Source: Octopus bimaculoides
Taxonomy: Eukaryota
Length of the DNA stretch: 43,753 bases
Reading direction: 5' to 3'
NCBI RefSeq assembly: GCF_001194135.2
Contig: NC_068996.1
Location: 4,986,476 to 5,030,228, forward strand
Numbering within the stretch: position 1 is the stretch's first letter; the number at the start of each line of letters is the position of its first letter. This document shows, one piece after another, positions 37,939 to 43,753 of the stretch. The notes below the pieces were generated by a model. That model worked only from the letters and a program-made list of their open reading frames with translations. It was not told the origin of the DNA and ran no database searches. The translations under genes were made by a program, and so were the position numbers.

Positions 37939-38240
37939 GTTCAGTAGTTTTATTTTTATAACGTGCTTTCACTGCACTACCGAGCGGAGCTCTATGCGTC
38001 TTGGGTATGTGCTGTGGTTTGCTGTGATGCTATTATGGTTACTGTATTGAAAGTGTTTTGCGTAGAATGTGTGCAGTACCCAGTAGTGCAATTTTCTGTA
38101 TGTTATATATATTTGTAAGTCCTGGTGTTTTTGTTATGTATTTGTCTGAATATTTTTTTATTATACCTAAGGCACCTACTATGATAGGAATTGTTTCTGT
38201 TTTTAGATTCCACATTCGAGTTACCTCTATTTCCAGGTCT
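37939..38240 (-). mobile_element. 5'-truncated Dong/R4-like LINE 3' end inserted in (TAA)n
   Basis: DLEIEVTRMWNLKTETIPIIVGALGIIKK..IQKIALLGTAHILRKTLSIQ* is the canonical R4/Dong C-terminus; (ATT)n on both sides (37849-37938 and 38241-38261). Confidence 0.88.
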
Positions 38241-38261
38241 ATCATTATTATTATTATTATT

Positions 38262-38747
38262 GAGTGAGAGAGCAGTGCACGCCATCTAAGTGACACTGCG
38301 GTAAAATATACGAAGCCCATTATACCCATCATGACTACCCGTCTGATAAGGGTACACCAGGCACATGCATCACAACCATATGTGCGTGACATGGTGATCT
38401 CATATCAAGATAAACAGCTCATGACCTCGCAGGTAGGGCCCAGTTAGAATTTTCTTCAGGTCGAGTAGCCCAGGTCTATTTAAGGATGTTGAGCAAAACA
38501 CCCATGTTTCCAAACGTGAATTATTCAAATCCCAAAGAATTCCTCTCAACACATGGCTATGGTGTTCCCCCACTACTTCTGCTCATGATCAGAGATGTAC
38601 ATATCGTCAGCCACCAAGGGACATGCTCAACTGGTTAAGGTCAAACAACTGACAAGCAAATATGTGATATTAAGCAGAATATTTGCTGTAGCCCATCTTT
38701 TTATACCAAGACAAAACAATGTACATGATAATACTTCCAATCAATTA
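38262..38747. repeat. Probable interspersed repeat, unclassified
   Basis: Complex non-coding block starting at an (ATT)n edge and running into a gap; it looks familiar as a cephalopod repeat, but no second copy is in this window. Confidence 0.3.
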
Positions 38748-39438
38748 NNNNNNNNNNNNNNNNNNNNNNNNNNNNNNNNNNNNNNNNNNNNNNNNNNNNN
38801 NNNNNNNNNNNNNNNNNNNNNNNNNNNNNNNNNNNNNNNNNNNNNNNNNNNNNNNNNNNNNNNNNNNNNNNNNNNNNNNNNNNNNNNNNNNNNNNNNNNN
38901 NNNNNNNNNNNNNNNNNNNNNNNNNNNNNNNNNNNNNNNNNNNNNNNNNNNNNNNNNNNNNNNNNNNNNNNNNNNNNNNNNNNNNNNNNNNNNNNNNNNN
39001 NNNNNNNNNNNNNNNNNNNNNNNNNNNNNNNNNNNNNNNNNNNNNNNNNNNNNNNNNNNNNNNNNNNNNNNNNNNNNNNNNNNNNNNNNNNNNNNNNNNN
39101 NNNNNNNNNNNNNNNNNNNNNNNNNNNNNNNNNNNNNNNNNNNNNNNNNNNNNNNNNNNNNNNNNNNNNNNNNNNNNNNNNNNNNNNNNNNNNNNNNNNN
39201 NNNNNNNNNNNNNNNNNNNNNNNNNNNNNNNNNNNNNNNNNNNNNNNNNNNNNNNNNNNNNNNNNNNNNNNNNNNNNNNNNNNNNNNNNNNNNNNNNNNN
39301 NNNNNNNNNNNNNNNNNNNNNNNNNNNNNNNNNNNNNNNNNNNNNNNNNNNNNNNNNNNNNNNNNNNNNNNNNNNNNNNNNNNNNNNNNNNNNNNNNNNN
39401 NNNNNNNNNNNNNNNNNNNNNNNNNNNNNNNNNNNNNN

Positions 39439-39508
<70 letters not shown>

Positions 39509-39649
39509 TACACGCACACACGAACGTATTGATGATGATAGGAATGTTTTTAATGTACAAATAATTTCAATATTACCTAACACTGGCTCGACAACAATTC
39601 TCGTTGTACAAGTAAAATGCAGCATGCCGTTGTCATTGAAAAATATTTT

Positions 39650-39960
39650 ATACCTGCGGCCTAGTGATTGGGCTGTTGCACTTACAATCGCAAGATCGAA
39701 GTTTCCATTCGTGGACTGGGTTCTGAGTTGTGTTCTTAGGCAAAACCCTTCATCTCACATCGCTCAGTTATTATTTTGACACCCCTCATGTGCGGTACAC
39801 CTGTGTGCACCTGTTCAGACAACGTCGATTTGATGGAGAGAGTGAGCTTATGTACAACACATACCTTTGATCGCTATATATAAATCATTTGTGCAGGTCG
39901 TTCGGTACAAAGCTAAATATCCATACGTCGTCTTTCATGGGAAAGTCCATCATATACATA
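39650..39960 (+). mobile_element. SINE family D (tRNA-like head, CORE-like block)
   Basis: A-box-like 'gcggcctagtgattgg', decayed B-box, 'gttgtgttcttaggcaaaacccttcatctcacatcgctc', distinct 3' body, (ATAC)n tail. Confidence 0.6.
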
Positions 39961-40214
39961 CATAGGTACATTACATTACATACATACATACATACATACA
40001 TACAAACATACATACATGCATACACATACATACATACACATACATACATACACATATACATACATACATACATACATACATACATACATACATACATACA
40101 CACATACATATATACATACACACATACATATATACATACATACAAACATACATACATGCATACGTATACATACATATATACATACATACATACATATATA
40201 TATATATATCTATA

Positions 40215-40277
40215 TATACAAGAATAAGGGCAGGGAATCGTCAATTAATAATAGAATTAATAATTAACAATTTTGCC
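40215..40277 (-). repeat. Second copy of the 31084-31146 repeat end
   Basis: 63/63 identity in inverted orientation. Confidence 0.85.
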
Positions 40278-40613
40278 GGTTTTTTGTTCTGTGTGTGCCA
40301 TAAATATCGCCATCNNNNNNNNNNNNNNNNNNNNNNNNNNNNNNNNNNNNNNNNNNNNNNNNNNNNNNNNNNNNNNNNNNNNNNNNNNNNNNNNNNNNNN
40401 NNNNNNNNNNNNNNNNNNNNNNNNNNNNNNNNNNNNNNNNNNNNNNNNNNNNNNNNNNNNNNNNNNNNNNNNNNNNNNNNNNNNNNNNNNNNNNNNNNNN
40501 NNNNNNNNNNNNNNNNNNNNNNNNNNNNNNNNNNNNNNNNNNNNNNNNNNNNNNNNNNNNNNNNNNNNNNNNNNNNNNNNNNNNNNNNNNNNNNNNNNNN
40601 NNNNNNNNNNNNN

Positions 40614-40664
<51 letters not shown>

Positions 40665-41067
40665 GAGTGGGGAAGGCCACGTCAAAAAGCCGTACAATAC
40701 CTGCAGACAATTAGTGATCAGACGAGACTAGATAACTAAAACCCAACGTCAAACGATAGGAGACGAAATCCAGGCAAACAAGAGATGGCTCTAGGCAATG
40801 TGCCGGTTCAGCCATTGAAAGGATAATAAAAGATAGACAGGCAATTGTTTAATGGCATCAAAGCATTTACAAAATGTATATGCAGAAGTGAGCGCACACA
40901 CACACACACACATATGCACGCACGCGCACACACAGGCACAGAGGCACACACAAATGCATTGTGCCTCTATTGAAGAGTCAGTCTATTGTACTAGTTGTAG
41001 TGCACTGTTTTGTGTATCAGTAATAAATATATTATATATATACAAGTATAAATACATATTTGTGCAG

Positions 41068-41068
41068 G

Positions 41069-41133
<65 letters not shown>

Positions 41134-41235
41134 TGTGTAGATAGACAGACAGACAGACGGACGGACGGACGGACGGACGGACGGACGGACGGACGGACGG
41201 ACGGACGGACGTCTTGATGGATGGATGGATGGATG
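41068..41235. repeat. Compound (GATA)n-(GACA)n-(GGAC)n-(GGAT)n microsatellite
   Basis: Directly visible stepwise motif transitions. Confidence 0.95.
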
Positions 41236-41664
41236 GTCAGAGAGACAGATAGATAGCCTCAAAGACACATGCGTACAAACACACATAAACATGCGTGCAC
41301 ACACACATGCGCACACACACACATACACACATATACATAGGAACAGTCATACACATATGCACACACTCACATACATAAACGTGTACATAAACATATTCAC
41401 ACACACACACACACTCGACACATACCCGTCACTGTTTATAAGAGCATACTTATATGCTTCTGTTTTCAATATAATGCGGAACGTTTCAAATAAAATAAAA
41501 TACAACCTTCCTATAAATACCCCGTTTGACGAACGGGTGGCAGACACACCCACATTTTCGTAGTCATTCACTCCACGTACCTACACATGCAAATAGCAAT
41601 ATGTACGAATACTTTTACGTGTGTATATACATATACGATGGGGCGAGGGGTATGTGTGTATTTC

Positions 41665-41699
<35 letters not shown>

Positions 41700-41994
41700 C
41701 CTTGTTTTACACATGCACAGATACACTAAGATACACTAAGATACAATATATAAAGGCGTGTATTGAGATGAGTACATTTTTCTCACAGGACGCATGCGCG
41801 CACCCGAGCACACACCCAGATACACACTCATATATCGACACCCCTCACACATACACGTAAAACACTCACAAACGCATTCGTTCACTTACACGCGCACACA
41901 CACAAACACACTCACACACGCACACAAGTACACACTCTCTCCTTTTCTTTCTTACCCACTCTCTTTCTCCCACGGACATACGCATACGTAATTT

Positions 41995-42044
<50 letters not shown>

Positions 42045-42054
42045 NNNNNNNNNN

Positions 42055-42097
<43 letters not shown>

Positions 42098-42399
42098 TAC
42101 TATTTCCACATTTACTTATTCCAAACACACATTCACTTATTCCAAACACACACACACACATGCACACATATACGCTGCTTGGTCAGATGTCTATAAATAC
42201 AAATTCACAAATACTTTTGCTTGCATATAATATATGACGAGACAGAATAAGAGAATGTGACATTTCATGCATTCTCATACTATTATCTACAGATATGCAC
42301 TCATTCACATATAAATATATAGACACATCCATGGCATTCATGCACACATCTGCTCCTCCTACATACTAACAGATGTGCATGCATATACGCATACACGCA

Positions 42400-42816
42400 T
42401 TTATTTTGTTTTTTTATTGTTTTTACAGTCATGTGACTACGGCCATGTTGGAGCTTGGCCTTAAAGGCGTTTCAGGCGAAAAAAATCGACCCCGCCCAGG
42501 ACTTATCCTTTGTAAGCCTAGTGTTTATTCTATTCGTTCCTATTGCCGAACGGCTAAGTTATAGAGACATAAATACACTGGCATCGGTTGTCAAGCGATG
42601 GCAGGTGGACAAACACAGACACAAACACACATGGCTGCAGTAAACAGGTAAAAGAATATAAATAAACGACGGGCTTCCTTTAATTTCCGTCTACCAAATC
42701 CACCCTGAAGGATTTGGTCAGCCTGAGGCTATAGTAGAAGACACTCGCCCAAGGTGCCACACAGTGGGACCGTTTGGTTTGGAAGCAAGTTTCTTACCAC
42801 ACAGCCACGCCTGTGC
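42400..42816 (-). mobile_element. SINE family A, near full length, diverged
   Basis: Reverse-complement head 'cttaccacacagccacgcctgtgc', 'gaagacactcgcccaaggtgccac' and body present. Confidence 0.85.
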
Positions 42817-42839
42817 ATATACACACATTATTATGATTG

Positions 42840-43030
42840 ACCGTTGACTGAACACTATTCAATTTTTTTTTCTCCGTGTTTTTCTCCTTGTCTCCGTATT
42901 CTTTCTGTTGAAGAGCGTAGCTCGAAACGTCAAAGACTTTCCGTATTCGCGAGCGTCATACTAATATATACTTTTGTTATTTACACCACCTGTCCTCGTC
43001 TGTTGTTATTATTTGTATATTCTCCCACAT
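42840..43030 (+). mobile_element. Solo PLE pLTR-like repeat, same family as 23240-23427
   Basis: Shared 'ctttctgt.gaagagcgtag(g)ctcgaaacgt', 'tacaccacctgt..tcgtc' and terminal 'attctccc'. Confidence 0.7.
42900..42936 (+). ncRNA. Minimal hammerhead-like motif with variant CUGUUGA core
   Basis: Stem I TCTTT/AAAGA, CTGTTGA-A, stem II GAGC/GCTC, GAAA-CGTC (GUC site, ACGU palindrome). Confidence 0.6.
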
Positions 43031-43122
43031 ATACACACATACATTTATATATGTATATATTTACATATATGTTGGCGCGTAGACATGTGGTTAAGATGCT
43101 GCTCTCACGAACGCAAGATCGA

Positions 43123-43268
43123 CATCAGTACGCGGCTTGTACTTAATTTATTGACCCCGAAAGAATGAAAGGCAGAGTCGACAAGGCGAAATTTGAACTC
43201 AGAGTATAAAGACAGACGAAATACCGCCTAGCATTTCGCCCGGCGTTTCTACCAGAGCGCCGCCACAA
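43123..43268 (-). mobile_element. SINE family B
   Basis: 'gtacttaatttattgaccccgaaagaatgaaaggcagagtcgac..atttgaactcagag..gacgaaataccgc.tagcatttcgcccggcg'. Confidence 0.85.
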
Positions 43269-43292
43269 TATATGAATATATATATATATATA

Positions 43293-43753
43293 AAGTTGTA
43301 GTATATTGTCAACTTAACGTGACAATCCCAATAAGGGAACACACTACTGCCGTTTAGCCCTAGGAAGCTGCACCGCTTCCTGTCGGTCTTGACACAATTA
43401 CTGTGTCCTTAAGTCTGCGAGGGAGAGACAAGCTCCTCCACCCAGCCTAACCAGCATTCAGGGACATGTTTCTGAGTCTTTGCTCGTCATCAGCCTGAAG
43501 TAGCTTGCCAATTCTCTTTATTACGATAATAATATCTTACATAGATTGGACAATACAGGACACTACAAACATTTAAGAATTGTCATTTAGTGAGTCTTTT
43601 TAGCTTTTTTTGAAAAAATATACGTTTAAAAATATATATATTTAAAAATTTTTCTACAAAACTTGGAATATTACCAATGGTTTACACCTAATTCCAGGGT
43701 ACACCAGTCTACACCTTTGTATTTTTTCAGGAAAGTTTTAAGTAGGGCCGCTC
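43293..43753 (-). mobile_element. Probable PLE LTR-like element end (continues beyond window)
   Basis: Contains the best hammerhead fold in the window; terminates at a (TA)n run; no ORF visible in the window. Confidence 0.45.
43457..43499 (-). ncRNA. Minimal type-I hammerhead ribozyme
   Basis: Minus strand: TTCAGG-CTGATGA-C-GAG(caaaga)CTC-A-GAAACATGTC-CCTGAA; perfect 6-bp stem I, GUC site, ACAUGU palindromic helix III; C-A mismatch closes stem II. Confidence 0.75.

Overview
Repeat-saturated eukaryotic genomic DNA from a draft assembly, with about 17 N-gaps totalling roughly 5.8 kb, nearly all flanked by microsatellites. The SINE families, microsatellite load and transposon mix resemble an octopus/cephalopod genome; this is inferred from recognition, not a search. 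No intact, recognisable protein-coding gene is present, and almost all listed ORFs are translated microsatellites or gaps. Supported content: about 20 tRNA-derived SINE pieces from about 4 families; a decayed L1/Tx1-like RT; three R4/Dong-like non-LTR fragments; two Penelope-like (PLE) GIY-YIG fragments; an internally deleted Chapaev3-like transposon with both TIRs and a putative 5'-UTR intron; and a long-TIR mariner derivative. The most striking hidden signal is seven minimal type-I hammerhead-ribozyme-like folds from about six unrelated LTR-like families. They include a variant CUGUUGA core, one with a 59-nt stem II insert, and one inside a 76-bp perfect-type palindrome. Most lie 35-165 nt upstream of a (TA)-rich tract. 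A possible small spliced gene (promoter near 9.7 kb, exons near 11.4 and 15.0 kb) is suggested but unproven.
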